DNA from: Mytilus californianus
Taxonomy: Eukaryota
Assembly: GCF_021869535.1 (NCBI RefSeq)
Contig: NW_026262679.1
Coordinates: forward strand, 50,096,001 to 50,160,000
Length of the DNA stretch: 64,000 bases
Direction of reading: 5' to 3'
Shown: one piece after another, positions 62,936 to 64,000 of the stretch
Numbering within the stretch: the first letter of the stretch is position 1
How the letters are laid out: each line of letters opens with the position of its first letter
Notes under the pieces: model-generated
What the model was told of the DNA's origin: nothing
Databases searched by the model: none
Seen by the model: only the letters and a program-made list of their open reading frames with translations
Translations under genes and position numbers: made by a program

Positions 62936-64000
62936 CATAATGGCAAAAGTAACGCAATACGTAAAGGTAGTACTTGATGCTGGGTACAGTTAACATGGAA
63001 AATTAACAAACAATCTATCAATGCATTGTAAAAAACATAGAATTTTCTTTTTTGAAAACCAATTTATTGTTCATGAAAAACAAGATTAAAATCTAAGCCA
63101 TTCCTTTTCCTAATAACCGAAAATCCCGATTGTAAAACGTAACAGAATGGACAATATATGTCAGTCAAAAACTGTTTCAATAAAGTCTTGTTTGACACAG
63201 TGCAGATTACATTTTCATGCTGTTTAAGAAGTATTATATGTTATGATTTGCAAAAAAATATGAGGCTAAAAGCTTATTTCAATTTTGCAATTTTGAATTC
63301 GACATATTTTTTGAATGACCAAAATATCGTTTACAGCTTTGAAATGCTATCAGAAAGCTTTAATTATTTTAATATTTAGTCAAATGGATACACCCAATCG
63401 AATACTTAATCGATATTCAACACGTAACGATCATTATAGAAAATTCCCTTTAAACAATTATGTATCACCGCTACCGGTTACACTTAAAAAGTAGCCCATG
63501 GAAGTTATTTTAAGTCGGCAAATTCTTTATAGGGCTTGTAATAATATTTAAAAATCTGAACAAGGAAATATATAACGTAACAAAAATATAACAACATGCG
63601 TCCTACTGTAACTCAAGGGTCAATGAATGAACATCTGACGCCTGCTTTCAGTTTCTCAAAATAAGAAAGTTAAAATAGTATGACTCATGGACAGTATGAA
63701 AGAGGTGTATAGTCATCAAATACATCGATTGAATTATTTAGTGTTAAAGCCTTTTCGTATTTATACGATTCCATATATCGAACAATTTTGGACACTGCGC
63801 TCACAATAGTAGGTCTCAACATCAACAAAAACTCACATCAAATCATTTTAGTATAAACAAGGGAGGTTGTCATAACATTACTTATGTCATTTTGAACAAA
63901 CGGAATAGGTCGACCCCTTTTATGCGCACCACTTGATTTTTTTATTAATTCTCAATACTTTCATACTTCTATTACAAAATATCATTTACCAAATAATTTA

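Overview
AT-rich, intron-containing animal genomic DNA. The repeat families and the gene types point to a bivalve, probably a Mytilus-type mussel (inference). I rebuilt four multi-exon genes by reading splice sites and phases by hand. (1) A + strand 2-exon, 380-aa protein (15088-18520) with a C-terminal PD-(D/E)xK restriction-endonuclease-like motif set. (2) A complete 6-exon - strand Cys-loop/nicotinic acetylcholine receptor subunit (37323-25912) with vicinal cysteines but a degenerate aromatic agonist box. (3) A 3-exon - strand protein (48501-45778), probably myristoylated and stathmin-domain-like. (4) A 2-coding-exon + strand RING-less B-box/coiled-coil/beta-propeller TRIM-like gene (52382-54920). 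There is also an isolated signal-peptide exon near 1.5 kb. Most of the remainder is nested transposable elements: two LINE remnants, Penelope-like RT fragments and their abundant 3' tails, two tRNA-head SINEs with TSDs, Helentron-type non-autonomous elements, Kolobok-, Harbinger- and Tc1-type MITEs, a CAC...GTG long-TIR element and several minisatellites. The most unusual non-coding items are a retrozyme-like direct repeat with a canonical minimal type I hammerhead ribozyme, inserted in a (TA)n tract, and a divergent pair of tRNA-like Pol III cassettes inside a nested DNA element. No database searches were possible, so all family assignments come from motif recognition.
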